DNA of 64,000 bases from Candidatus Sungiibacteriota bacterium. GTDB taxonomy: Bacteria; Patescibacteriota; Minisyncoccia; Sungbacterales; JACQCQ01. Below, piece by piece: positions 45,339 through 55,408 of the stretch; within the stretch, counting starts at the first letter, position 1; each line of letters starts with the position of its first letter. The notes beneath the pieces were generated by a model. The model saw only the letters and a list, made by a program, of their open reading frames with translations. It was not told the origin of the DNA and made no database searches. The DNA lies in the NCBI GenBank assembly GCA_016201505.1, contig JACQCQ010000012.1, forward strand, positions 10,187-74,186, read 5' to 3'. Made by a program: the position numbers and the translations under genes.

Positions 45339-47225
45339 TTAGCGAACGACATGCCAGTCTTTATCGCTCGTCAGCGCGTCACTTTTTAATTCCGTGGTGA
45401 GATCTTCAGAAGTTACTGTAAGCAGTTCGCCCGTAAACATATCGTTCGCACTGACGTTAACCCCGCTTGCGAGAGTTACCGCCCTCGATACGGCATTCTC
45501 TCCCGGTGTTAAAGTCACCCGAAACGCCGCGTACGGCGATGGTTTGGATATACCTGCGCCTGCTTGAACTTTCCCGACTGGCCAGATAATGGCGCCCGAA
45601 GCGCTGTCATAGGAGAGCGAATTTCCCGCCGGAGACGTGGCGTTCTCCCAGGAAACACCCGGGGCTAACCTAGCACGAACGACTACCCCGGACAAATCAT
45701 TCGTCGTATTGGCAAGCTGCCAGACGATGACATAGCTTGTCGTTTGTCCGACCCGCGGCGGTAGTGGGCCGGCAGTTTCTAGATACGAGTTGTGATAGAG
45801 TGAGCGCGCAGAAAGCACGAGACGAGAAGAAACTTTGGCAGTTGAGACATCTTCAGCCGACAAGTCAACGCCTTCAAAACCGACTGGCGTGTCGGCGGCT
45901 TTTATTCTGGCGTCTACCTGAAAGCTCACCTGACGCGTGTCAGAGGTAAAATTGGGCAGCGTTTTTATGCTGAATGAGAGATTGCCTTCAGCATGCGCGG
46001 GAAGTGAATTAAACTGCGGGAATGACCCCGGGTTCCAGATCACTTGACCGGAACTGCCGTCATAGGCGCCGCTTTCTACTAGAAGAGAGCTTTTATCAAT
46101 CCCTTCGCTTGGTAAGGACGCGAGCACCGAAATATTTTTTAGGGGCAGATCCAAATTATTTTTAAAATGGAGCACGGCATGCAGATCGTCTCCGGCGTGA
46201 ATAACCCCGTCATGCGCGCCGTTTAGACTGGCTTCAATGGAAAGCAGCGGGACAAGGATATGGGCATTTTTAGTTGTCGCTTGATACGGAGTCCACTCTT
46301 TGGCGAAAACATTGTATAAACCGACTTTGGCCGTAAAGGGTTTCGATTCAGCTGGAGAACCCTGGATAATGCCTTTAATTGAAATTTTTCCTGAATCTCC
46401 GGGCGAGAGCGTCCCGATTGACCAGATGTTCGTGTCAATCGAAGGCTTGGGATCGGCCGATGCAAATTGGAACCCGGCCGGATACTCTACGCCGAGGTAT
46501 TGATTTTCAAATGGCGCCTCGGCATCCGATGAATATTCGATCGTAAATGCCACCTCTTGGCGCGAAACAAGGTTATCCGGCACGTTCAGCGTGACGACAA
46601 GCGGCACGCGCACAATCGTTACATTTACGCGAGCCTTGTCGACAAAGCGAGCCGAGGAGGATGCGGGACGGTAGAGTATCGAAGCCTCGGCGGTTTTTAT
46701 GTCATTCTCGGCGCCGAAAATTCGGGCATCAATTTCAATTGAGGCTTTCTGCCCCGGCGCTAGATCAACCAGCGTAATCCGCGTATGCGGCGGATTGCCG
46801 CCTGCTCCCTCTTCGCGGAGCGGCGAGGCGCCCACGGGATAGGTAAAATCAAGTTGCATATCTTTTAACGTTTCGCGGCTGCCGTTTTGATAAGACAGCG
46901 TGTAGGTCACGCGCTCGCCCGATTCAATGCGGTCTTTGACGATGAGCGCCATCGAGAGGTCGTGGCGCGCAAATCCGTAGAAAAACAAGAGCACAACCGC
47001 CAGCACCCCGATGGCAAATATCAGCGTGGCCAGTACCGAAAGACGCAGAAATCGCCGACGTTTTTCCCTCGCGGGTGCTTCTATCTTCTCCGCCTCTTCC
47101 ACCTCGCCCCAGGCTGTTTTTATCTCTTCGGGCTTTGATTTGATGACCTCAAAAAAACGCGGGTCTTTGGCTCGCTCCGGTTCATTTTTATAGAGATCGC
47201 GCCGAATATCATCGAGTTTCCCCAT
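45339..47225 (-). CDS. Membrane-anchored protein with repeated beta-sandwich (DUF11-like) domains
   Basis: One N-terminal TM followed by repeats such as YTLSYQN, WSIGTLSPG and IIWPVGKV. Confidence 0.75.
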   Translation of the reverse strand: MGKLDDIRRDLYKNEPERAKDPRFFEVIKSKPEEIKTAWGEVEEAEKIEAPAREKRRRFLRLSVLATLIFAIGVLAVVLLFFYGFARHDLSMALIVKDRIESGERVTYTLSYQNGSRETLKDMQLDFTYPVGASPLREEGAGGNPPHTRITLVDLAPGQKASIEIDARIFGAENDIKTAEASILYRPASSSARFVDKARVNVTIVRVPLVVTLNVPDNLVSRQEVAFTIEYSSDAEAPFENQYLGVEYPAGFQFASADPKPSIDTNIWSIGTLSPGDSGKISIKGIIQGSPAESKPFTAKVGLYNVFAKEWTPYQATTKNAHILVPLLSIEASLNGAHDGVIHAGDDLHAVLHFKNNLDLPLKNISVLASLPSEGIDKSSLLVESGAYDGSSGQVIWNPGSFPQFNSLPAHAEGNLSFSIKTLPNFTSDTRQVSFQVDARIKAADTPVGFEGVDLSAEDVSTAKVSSRLVLSARSLYHNSYLETAGPLPPRVGQTTSYVIVWQLANTTNDLSGVVVRARLAPGVSWENATSPAGNSLSYDSASGAIIWPVGKVQAGAGISKPSPYAAFRVTLTPGENAVSRAVTLASGVNVSANDMFTGELLTVTSEDLTTELKSDALTSDKDWHVVR

Positions 47226-47240
47226 ACTCTTCCAAGTATA

Positions 47241-47909
47241 TCACGCGGCACTTGGTGGTTTTATCGCCCAACGTCTTAAAAAATTATTGGTTAAAAAAAG
47301 AAAACGCAGTGAAAAATGCATTTCAAATGAGCGGGCAATGGCGGCAAAGGCAGAGGCAATGATCTGGGTTTTAGAGTCTTTTCTGATGTCATTCCATTCG
47401 CGCTCTTCCCAATGCAAAAAGAGATCACGCAGTTCGCGGGTCTTTACAATTTCTTCGTCGGCGGAAAGCCGATAGCCGGAATGGTTTAAAAAGCGGACCA
47501 AAGCCCAGAGCAAAATTCTCGGGGGTTCGTCAGAATCCTGCGCATCCTTAAGCAAGGTAAAAAAAGAAAAAGAGAGATCCCAAAGGCCTGAATCTTCTGC
47601 CTCAAAAGCCGTGTTTCGTATAACCGAGACGAAGGCTTCGGCGGCTTTCAGTTTTTCCTCCGAGCCAATAATCGAGGCCGGCCAGGAGATGAGGCTCGCA
47701 ACTGTTAAACGGTAGCCGTGTCGTGCTTCCACCAATACGAGGTCGGCCAGAGAATATGGCTCCAGATGCCCCTTTAATTTTGCGCCCGGTTTTCTGACTC
47801 CTTGGGCGGTCGCGTGAACCAGACCGAGGTGCTCGGTAAAAATAGTGAACACCAAATCAGCCTCATTTCGTTCCTGCCGCGCCAAAACGAATCCGCGCGT
47901 TCGTGGCAT
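47241..47909 (-). CDS. recO: DNA repair protein RecO
   Basis: GFVL..NEAD.VFTIFTEHLGLVHATAQGVRKPGAKLKGHLEP; probable ATG at 47909. Confidence 0.9.
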   Translation of the reverse strand: MPRTRGFVLARQERNEADLVFTIFTEHLGLVHATAQGVRKPGAKLKGHLEPYSLADLVLVEARHGYRLTVASLISWPASIIGSEEKLKAAEAFVSVIRNTAFEAEDSGLWDLSFSFFTLLKDAQDSDEPPRILLWALVRFLNHSGYRLSADEEIVKTRELRDLFLHWEEREWNDIRKDSKTQIIASAFAAIARSFEMHFSLRFLFLTNNFLRRWAIKPPSAA

Positions 47910-47910
47910 A

Positions 47911-50900
47911 TCAGCGAATACCAATCCAGAGACGCTCGCTTCCGCCAACTGGAATTTCACGCTCGATTTTAAAATTCTTTTTGCCGCCAAGAATGACTTT
48001 TTTGGCGCCGACGTCTCGTTTAATCTGCCCCTGCCATTCTTTTAAGATGCGCTTCGATTTTTCTCCGGCCAGAAACTGAAGGTTAATGGCATCTTGCGGC
48101 AAAAGGCCGAGATCGCGTCGCAATTCCTGGATGTTGCGGACAATTTCCCGAGCCAGCCCCTCGCGCCGCAGCCCCTCTGTCAATGTCGTATCGAGAATAA
48201 TTTTCGGTCCTTTGGCTACCTGCGGTAAAATAATAATCTTTTTGACATTGACCTCGTCTTCCAAGAGACGCTGCATTTCCTTTTTGCGGGAAAACTCCTT
48301 ATGCCGTATGGCAAGAGCAGCCAGCGGCTGGCGAACTTTAATGCCCGCCGCCGCGCGGGCTTTTAGGGCCTCGGCGGCAATCAGCCGAAGTGTTTCCATT
48401 TTTTTCTCGAGCACCGGTCGCATACGCGCGCGCGAGGCAATGGGCCAGTCTCTTAAATGAACGCTTTCTTCCTTGAAGACAAACTTTTTTGAAAGTTCGC
48501 GGTAGATGGCGTCCGCGATATAGGGGGTAAAGGGAGCCACCAATGCCAAGAGAGTCAGAAGAACTTCGCGCGTGGTGCCGGCAACTTCAGCTTTTTCTTT
48601 TTTTGAGCTGGGGCGCTGAAATCTCCTGCGCGATCGGCGCAAATACCAATTGGAAAAATCTTCGACCGTAAACGTCTCGACAAGACGGGCTGCCGAGACC
48701 ACGTCATAGGCTTCCAGATGGCGCGTTACGTCTTGAATCAGATTTTGCAGGCGCGATAGAATCCAGCGATCAAGCAGGGAACCAGATTTCCTCGCGAGAG
48801 AAACTTTGCCCTGCGTATAGGTGTCGAATAACACCCACGAGTTCCAGAGTGTCCCCAAGAATCCGCGCAGTTTCGCCGCCAGATCCTTCTCGTCAAATTT
48901 TTTGGGATCTCCCGGGGCGTTGACCGTATAAAAATACCAGCGAATGGCGTCAACCCCGTAGGTATCAATCATGGCCCAGGGATTTACGATGTTGCCGCGG
49001 GATTTGGACATTTTATGTCCATGCTTATCCAAGACATGGCCCAGCGAAATGACATTTTTATAGGGCGCGCCTTTGGCCAGTAAGGTCGATTCGGCCAGCA
49101 AGGTATAAAACCAGCCTCGTGTCTGATCAACCGCTTCGCAAATATAATCCGCCGGAAAATTTTTGCGCTTTTCAATCAGATCGACGTTTTCAAATGGATA
49201 ATGGATCGCAGCGAACGGCATGGCGCCTGAATCAAACCAGACATCGGCCACTTCCGGGATGCGAGCTTTAACCCCGCCGCAGGAACATCGCATTTTAATT
49301 TCATCAACGTACGGTCGATGCAGATCGATTTCGCCTTCAACGTTTCGCGGCAGGGGTTTTGGTTCAAAAATTTCAAATTCACCCGGCGCAATATACTCGC
49401 CCTGCTTCGGCCAAAGAGCAGCAGACTCTTTCCAAGACTCGCCTTTGATGGTGGCTACTAACATCCAGATCGGGTCGGCGTGCGTAATGATTAAAATAGT
49501 TTTCCCGCGGTATTTTGCCTCAAGCTCCCGAAAGAAAGACAGCATGCGCCGGCGCACGTCTTGTAAGGATTCGCCGTTTGGCGGCTTAGTCTCATATTTT
49601 TCGAGCCGATTTTTAAAAAAGGCGCGGTAGTTTCCGGCGGGGCCCCCATTAAAGTCCCCCGTATCGATTTCGCGCAATCGTTCATCAAAGATAATCTCTT
49701 TGTCGCCTAACATATTTTTTAGAACCTCCAGTGTTTCTTTGGTGCGCACTAAATCGGAGGCCATCACGACGTCAATCCTCTCGGCTACGAGCCGCGGGCC
49801 GGCGCGTTCTACATCGGCGCGCCCTTTTTCGGTGAGATGCGCGGGACTCGTCTCCGGCCACGAAGAAATATAATCTTTGGTTAAATTCTCGGCCTCGCCG
49901 TGCCGCATCAAAATGTAGCGATTGCCTGACGACATCGCGCGCGAGGACAATTCCTCGACCGAAGAAACAGCCGCGACGGCTCCGCAGGCATTGCACTTCC
50001 ACAACGGCAACGTGGTGCCCCAATAACGCTCGCGCGAGAAGGCCCAATCTTTTTCTTCTTTTAGCCATTCCCCGAATCGGCCATGTTTTAAATGCGACGG
50101 AACCCAATGAATGGTCTCGTTATTGCGCATTACGTCTTTGCGCACCGCATTCACCCGGAGCCACCAGGAAGTCCGTGCATAATAGAGTATCGGCGTGTCG
50201 CAGCGCCAGCAAAATGGGTAGTCATGCTCGTAGGCTTCTTCGCGGAATAAGGACCCGATCTTCTGCAGATGCTGTAAAATAAAAAGATCAGTTTCTTTGG
50301 CTTTGACATACTTCCCGCCCAGCCCATTCCCCAGTGCGGCCACAAATTTGCCGTTATCGGAGACGGTGTGAATTGCGGGAAGCCCAACTTTTTTCCCAAG
50401 CCGGTAATCGTCTTCTCCATACATGACTGCCGTATGGACCACACCCGTGCCTTCAGTCCCCAAGACAAAATCGGCAGCGTAAATTTTATATGAATTGTTG
50501 GTCACCAATTCCGGCACATCGAAAAGCGGCTGGTACGTAAGCCCAACGAGTTCTTTCCCAAGAAAGGGCACACTCGCTTTTGAATCTTTCGGCAAGACGC
50601 CGCGTTTTACGAGAATAGAGAAATTATCCTGGCCCACCACAACCCAATTACCTTTTTTTTCAGGATCGGGCACTCGGACATACTGCATGCCTTCCGATAC
50701 CGCGAGCGCCACATTCCCCGGCAATGTCCAGGGCGTTGTGGTCCAGGACAAAATGGCCACGTTCTTCCATTTGGGATCTTGGCTCGTCAATTTAAATCGA
50801 ATGTAAACTGAAGTATCAACAATTGACTTATACCCCAGCGCAATTTCGTGCGATGAAAGACCGGTGCCGCATCTCGTACACCAGGGCAAGACCTTAAAAT

Positions 50901-51516
50901 CCTGATAAAGCAATTTTTTCTTCCAAAATTCAGCAATCATCCACCACAGAGATTCCATATAGGATTTTTCGTAGGTGATGTAAGGACGGGCCATATCCAG
51001 CCAAAAAGCGATGCGTTCAGTAAGATTCTCCCAGTCCTTCACGTACTGCCAAACAGCCTTTCGGCATTGTTCGTTAAAGGCCGCGATGCCGTATTGTTCG
51101 ATGTCTTGTTTTGATTTAAACCCCAACGCTTTTTCTACTTGAATTTCAACCGGCAGCCCATGCGTATCCCAGCCGCCGCGGCGCGGCACATAGTATCCCT
51201 GCATCGATTTAAATCGCGGAATAACGTCTTTAAATGAGCGCGCTTCTATATGATGAAAGCCGGGCGCGGCGTTCGCGGTCGGCGGGCCTTCATAAAAAAT
51301 GAAAGGTTTGCCGCTGGCACGCGCTTTAACCGATTTTTCGAATATTGAATGATCTTTCCAGAATTGAAGAACTTGCTCCTCACGCAAAACTGGCTCTGAT
51401 TTGGGAGTTATTTGGGGCTGGGGTTTTATCATTGGCACGCCCAACTCGACGAGATCTTCGCCCCGTTTTAGCTGGGAGACTGATTTTTTAGCGGTTTTGC
51501 CTTTCTCGGTTGGCAT
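47911..51516 (-). CDS. ileS: Isoleucine--tRNA ligase with an inserted histidine-phosphatase domain
   Basis: EGPPTAN, GWDTHGLP, WTTTPWTLP, SRERYWGT, DQTRGWFY and KMSKS; internal MRHGE. Confidence 0.98.
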   Translation of the reverse strand: MPTEKGKTAKKSVSQLKRGEDLVELGVPMIKPQPQITPKSEPVLREEQVLQFWKDHSIFEKSVKARASGKPFIFYEGPPTANAAPGFHHIEARSFKDVIPRFKSMQGYYVPRRGGWDTHGLPVEIQVEKALGFKSKQDIEQYGIAAFNEQCRKAVWQYVKDWENLTERIAFWLDMARPYITYEKSYMESLWWMIAEFWKKKLLYQDFKVLPWCTRCGTGLSSHEIALGYKSIVDTSVYIRFKLTSQDPKWKNVAILSWTTTPWTLPGNVALAVSEGMQYVRVPDPEKKGNWVVVGQDNFSILVKRGVLPKDSKASVPFLGKELVGLTYQPLFDVPELVTNNSYKIYAADFVLGTEGTGVVHTAVMYGEDDYRLGKKVGLPAIHTVSDNGKFVAALGNGLGGKYVKAKETDLFILQHLQKIGSLFREEAYEHDYPFCWRCDTPILYYARTSWWLRVNAVRKDVMRNNETIHWVPSHLKHGRFGEWLKEEKDWAFSRERYWGTTLPLWKCNACGAVAAVSSVEELSSRAMSSGNRYILMRHGEAENLTKDYISSWPETSPAHLTEKGRADVERAGPRLVAERIDVVMASDLVRTKETLEVLKNMLGDKEIIFDERLREIDTGDFNGGPAGNYRAFFKNRLEKYETKPPNGESLQDVRRRMLSFFRELEAKYRGKTILIITHADPIWMLVATIKGESWKESAALWPKQGEYIAPGEFEIFEPKPLPRNVEGEIDLHRPYVDEIKMRCSCGGVKARIPEVADVWFDSGAMPFAAIHYPFENVDLIEKRKNFPADYICEAVDQTRGWFYTLLAESTLLAKGAPYKNVISLGHVLDKHGHKMSKSRGNIVNPWAMIDTYGVDAIRWYFYTVNAPGDPKKFDEKDLAAKLRGFLGTLWNSWVLFDTYTQGKVSLARKSGSLLDRWILSRLQNLIQDVTRHLEAYDVVSAARLVETFTVEDFSNWYLRRSRRRFQRPSSKKEKAEVAGTTREVLLTLLALVAPFTPYIADAIYRELSKKFVFKEESVHLRDWPIASRARMRPVLEKKMETLRLIAAEALKARAAAGIKVRQPLAALAIRHKEFSRKKEMQRLLEDEVNVKKIIILPQVAKGPKIILDTTLTEGLRREGLAREIVRNIQELRRDLGLLPQDAINLQFLAGEKSKRILKEWQGQIKRDVGAKKVILGGKKNFKIEREIPVGGSERLWIGIR

Positions 51517-51524
51517 CTAAAGCT

Positions 51525-51587
51525 GATTACAGGCTATTGTCTACAGGCTACAGCTGATGCGGTAGTCTGTGGTCGGTAGTCTGTGAG
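51525..51587. repeat. Inverted 7-mer array (GACTACA/TGTAGTC type) upstream of ileS
   Basis: gattaca-ggctatt-gtctaca-ggctaca-gc ... gc-ggtagtc-tgtggtc-ggtagtc-tgt; same family as 55146-55207. Confidence 0.8.
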
Positions 51588-51731
51588 CTTTTTAATAGGT
51601 GTCTCATTCTAGCTGAAAAAATGCCCCCTGCCAAGAGCTTCTTTCACTATCCACTTGTGGAATAAGGCGGGCTCGACTAAGGTGAGAACGGCAAAAATGA
51701 AGGCGCGAAAGTTTTTTGAGGCGAGCGTCCG

Positions 51732-53327
51732 CTACATTTCTTCGGGAGCGGAAATCCCCAAAAGATCCAATGATTTTTTTAAAACAATTTGAGTGGCCCT
51801 CGCTAATTGAAGCCGCGATTTTTTAATATCGGCTGCTGCATCCAAGATGCGTTCTGTCTCATAGAACACATGAAAGTTATGCGCGAGCTCGTAAGCATAG
51901 CGGATGAGTCTCGAAACGCGATAATCCGCGGCAATGTCACGCAGCACATCCGGAAAATCAATTAATTTCCAAATTAAACGATCCTCCGATTCTGAAGCCA
52001 GGAGCGAGACATCGAAATCAGATTTTTCATACGGCTCTTTTATGAAAATCGAACAAAGGCGTGCGTGCGCATACTGAATATAGAAGACCGGATTTTCTTT
52101 GGATCTTTTTTTAGCCAGATCCAAATCAAAATCAATATGCGTCTCGTGATTTTTTTCTAAAAAGAAATACCGCGCCTGATCGAGACCGACTTCATCAATC
52201 AATTCATCAATGGTGACGTATACTCCTGTGCGTTTGGACATCCGCCGCTCAACGCCATTTTCCATCAAACGAACAAGCTGCATTACGATCACTTCAGATT
52301 TCGCCATCCCGATAATTTTCGCTACTGCCTGAATCCTGGAAACGTAACCATGATGATCGGCACCCAAAATATTGATTTTGTGATTAAAACCTCGTTTCTT
52401 GGTTTCTAAATAGTGAGCAGCATCAATAAAAAAGTACGTCGGGAGTCGGTCAGAGGTGACTAGAACTCGATCTTTATCATCTCCATATTTTTTCGTTTTT
52501 AACCATCTGGCACCATCCCTGTCAAAAATAAGATCAGGGGAAATAGATTTCGCAAGCTGTTCAAATTCGATAGTTAAAGGCGGCCGGCTTTGGCGAATAT
52601 CTCGTTGTTCGGATGTCCACCTATCAAAATTGATTTTCATTTTTTTCTCAATTACCGGTCGAATGAGATTTTTAACAAAATCATTTGCAACATATATCCC
52701 GAGAAGCTGAGGATCTTTTAAATAAAGATCCCAGTTCAATGTTTGTTTAGAGTCAAGCCATTCTTTCAAATAATCCCCATGATAATATTTCTCGTCATCT
52801 AGCACCTTGCCCGCTATAGCTAAAATTGAAAGTCCAAGTGTTGTGATCTGGTTCCCGGAATCATTGATATAATATTCACGTTCAACCTCAAAACCCTGCG
52901 AGGCCAGAACGCGAGAAAGCACGTCGCCCAAGAATCCGCCGCGGCCGTTGGCAAGTGTTAAAGGACCGGTTGGATTGGCTGAAATAAACTCGACTTGGAT
53001 TTTTTCGTTGAGGCGACTCTGATTCCCGTAGCGCTCTTTTCCATCTAAGATTCGTGTAAATTCTTTTTTTACTTCAGACTCGGAAATTTGGAAATTCAGG
53101 AATCCCGGAGGAGAAAACGTAATCGTGGCAATGGCCGGATCGATAATTTTTCGCATTAACATCTCGGCCACATCTTGAGGTTGCTTTTTTTCAAGGCCCG
53201 CCAAAACGAGAGGTAAATTGGTGGCATAGTCACCGAGTTCGGCCCTTGGCGGGTGTTCAACCGAAAATGAAACCCCCCCTGGAATCTCCACATTTTTTCG
53301 CAAGATTTCTATAATTCTTTCTCTCAT
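51732..53327 (-). CDS. argS: Arginine--tRNA ligase
   Basis: GDYATN, EFISANPTGPL, GADHHGY, MSKR and YIQYAHAR. Confidence 0.98.
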   Translation of the reverse strand: MRERIIEILRKNVEIPGGVSFSVEHPPRAELGDYATNLPLVLAGLEKKQPQDVAEMLMRKIIDPAIATITFSPPGFLNFQISESEVKKEFTRILDGKERYGNQSRLNEKIQVEFISANPTGPLTLANGRGGFLGDVLSRVLASQGFEVEREYYINDSGNQITTLGLSILAIAGKVLDDEKYYHGDYLKEWLDSKQTLNWDLYLKDPQLLGIYVANDFVKNLIRPVIEKKMKINFDRWTSEQRDIRQSRPPLTIEFEQLAKSISPDLIFDRDGARWLKTKKYGDDKDRVLVTSDRLPTYFFIDAAHYLETKKRGFNHKINILGADHHGYVSRIQAVAKIIGMAKSEVIVMQLVRLMENGVERRMSKRTGVYVTIDELIDEVGLDQARYFFLEKNHETHIDFDLDLAKKRSKENPVFYIQYAHARLCSIFIKEPYEKSDFDVSLLASESEDRLIWKLIDFPDVLRDIAADYRVSRLIRYAYELAHNFHVFYETERILDAAADIKKSRLQLARATQIVLKKSLDLLGISAPEEM

Positions 53328-53608
53328 GCCTATGATGTATCTTATCATCTGTCAAAAAACTGGGCGGCGGCGCCCCGTAACGGTGGACGTTTTTCCTGTG
53401 AGTATTGCTAGAACCATCGCCGTATCCAGCGCCATACAGCCGATTATGATGGCTGCCGATTTGCTCTCCGGCGTCTCGAGGGAAATACCTTCGAACAAAG
53501 GCTGACGAAGGCCATAAACCAGATCCACATCGCCCGCCTCCTGTCTCGAAAAAACTGCAGGCTGTGGTACTTTGAACGTAGCACGTGAGTCTTGAAAAGC
53601 AATAACTG

Positions 53609-54052
53609 ATGCCGACCTACGTCGAAAACAAACGAGCGCACTTCGACTATTACATCCTCGAAACCTACGAGGCGGGAATAGAGTTAATTGGTTTTGAGGT
53701 AAAAGCCATTCGTGGCGGGCATATGAATCTAATGGGCGCCTTTGTCGTGCCGCGCGCGAATGAACTCTATTTAACAAACGCCACCGTCAGCCGCTACCAG
53801 CCGCAAAATACGCCGCGCGACTATAACCCTGAAAGGTCCAGGCGACTCTTGCTCCATAGGAACGAGATCGCGACCTTAATCGGCAAATCACGTGAATCAG
53901 GCTTGACCTTGATCCCTATCCGCGTATATAGTAAGCGTCGACATATAAAACTTCTCCTCGGCGTCGCACGGCGCAAGAAAAAACTAGACAAGCGCGAAGC
54001 GATTAAAAAACGCTATAGTGAACGGGAGATCCAGAAGGCCACTAGCCACTAG
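53609..54052 (+). CDS. smpB: SsrA-binding protein
   Basis: NKRAHFDY..YEAGIEL.GFEVK, RRLLLH and DKREAIK. Confidence 0.98.
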   Translation: MPTYVENKRAHFDYYILETYEAGIELIGFEVKAIRGGHMNLMGAFVVPRANELYLTNATVSRYQPQNTPRDYNPERSRRLLLHRNEIATLIGKSRESGLTLIPIRVYSKRRHIKLLLGVARRKKKLDKREAIKKRYSEREIQKATSH

Positions 54053-54109
54053 AAGTCAGCCATTAGTTTTTTAACTAGTTGCTAGTGGCTAGTTGCTAAG
54101 CAACTAGTT
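54038..54109. repeat. Inverted 7-mer array (CCACTAG/CTAGTGG) between smpB and ssrA
   Basis: gccactagccactag ... ctagttgctagtggctagttgc; encodes the smpB C-terminus and stop. Confidence 0.8.
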
Positions 54110-54110
54110 C

Positions 54111-54528
54111 GGGGACGCATTTGATTCGACGGATCATTTACATTTAGGCGAAACGCAGACCGAGAAGTTCGGCCAACTCGCTTGCCCTTCCATAGCCCTT
54201 GGCGAAGGAGGGTAAAAGTTCCGAACAATAATACGTGCAAACGTATTCAAATTTGATGGTGCTTTGGCACCCGCTATGGCGTAAGTTATAGCTGCTTCCT
54301 TGCGAAAGAATCGCAAGCATCGGACCATGATGCCTCTTGGTGGGTTCCCGGTGTTATATCGAGGCTGGACTCTCGCCAACCGGTAACGGGAGCGACGAAT
54401 ACCGGAAACGATCGCTGAGTATGTTGCAGGATGTGAAGCTCGCGATTCGTACATAATCCTGCTATGTCTGTAATCATCGTTTTGTTTAGATGAAGATTCG
54501 GACGAGGAGTCACTCTCCTCCGTCTCCA
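54111..54528 (+). ncRNA. ssrA: tmRNA with tag (A)ANVFKFDGALAPAMA
   Basis: GGGGACG/CGTCTCC-A acceptor with G3:U wobble; GATTCGAC; tag ORF 54237-54284; directly after smpB. Confidence 0.95.
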
Positions 54529-54536
54529 TTAGAACG

Positions 54537-54633
54537 AATGCAAAAATTAAAGGGCAAAATGCAAAATTTAGGTATCGCCTCGCGATGATTTTTAAATTGT
54601 CATTTTAATTTTTGATATTTAAACTCTAATTTT
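54537..54633. repeat. Inverted AT-rich periodic array upstream of infC
   Basis: aatgcaaaaattaaagggcaaaatgcaaaattt ... ttttaaattgtcattttaatttttgatattt around atcgcctcgcgat. Confidence 0.7.
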
Positions 54634-55143
54634 ATTCAGAAACGCTACCGCACAAACGAATATATCAGATCTCCCGAACTGCGGGTGATTACCGGCGACG
54701 GCAAGAGTCTTGGCGTTTTGACATTGGCGGAAGCTCTCGCAAAAGCACGGGCCATGGGACTCGATCTGATTGAAATCGCGCCAACGGCGAACCCGCCCGT
54801 CGCCAAAATCATGGATTTTGGCAAGTTTAAATATGAGCGTGAGCGCGGCGAACGGGAGCATCGGCCGAAAAAAACCGGTGGCGAAGTAAAAAGCATCCGC
54901 ATCGGATTTAAAACCGGCAAGCATGACCTGGAGGTGAGAGCACTGCAAGCCAAAAAATTTTTAGAGCGCGGCGATATGGTCAACGTGCTGCTGGCGCTTC
55001 GTGGCCGCGAAAAAGCGCACCGGCCTCTCGCCCAAACCAAATTCCAGGAGTTCTTGAAATTAATCCCGATTGATATTACACTCGACGGGTCTCCCAGGAG
55101 CATCCCGCAAGGCATTCTGGGGATGATTCGCAGGGCCTCGTAA
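54634..55143 (+). CDS. infC: Translation initiation factor IF-3 (ATT start)
   Basis: ATT-QKRYRTNEYIRSPELRVI in frame with the ORF; DLIEIAPTANPPVAKIMDFGKFKY. An ATT start is usual for infC. Confidence 0.96.
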   Translation: MQKRYRTNEYIRSPELRVITGDGKSLGVLTLAEALAKARAMGLDLIEIAPTANPPVAKIMDFGKFKYERERGEREHRPKKTGGEVKSIRIGFKTGKHDLEVRALQAKKFLERGDMVNVLLALRGREKAHRPLAQTKFQEFLKLIPIDITLDGSPRSIPQGILGMIRRAS

Positions 55144-55145
55144 AA

Positions 55146-55207
55146 GACTACAGTCCACAGTCTACTGACTACCACACGCTGTAGACCGTAGTCGGTAGTC
55201 TGTAGTC
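55146..55207. repeat. Inverted 7-mer array (GACTACA) between infC and rpmI
   Basis: gactaca-gtccaca-gtctact-gactacc ... tgtagac-cgtagtc-ggtagtc-tgtagtc. Confidence 0.85.
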
Positions 55208-55215
55208 ATCAAGAA

Positions 55216-55407
55216 ATGAAAACCAGAAAATCCATCGCGAAGCGCATCAAAGTGACTTCGACCGGCAAATACTTGCGGCGCACTTCGCGCATCAATCATT
55301 TTAATGCCAAAAAGCGCAGTCGCACCCAACAGCGCGGCAAAGTCTCTCGTCCCATCGGCGTTGTCCATGAGCGCTATATCCGCCAAGCCATCGCGGCTCG
55401 GGCATAA
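55216..55407 (+). CDS. rpmI: 50S ribosomal protein L35
   Basis: MKTRKSIAKRIKVTSTGK..NHFNAKK; lies between infC and rplT. Confidence 0.95.
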   Translation: MKTRKSIAKRIKVTSTGKYLRRTSRINHFNAKKRSRTQQRGKVSRPIGVVHERYIRQAIAARA

Positions 55408-55408
55408 C

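Noticed and set aside
54134-54529. Minus-strand ORFs of 131 and 75 aa
   Set aside because: They lie antisense to tmRNA.
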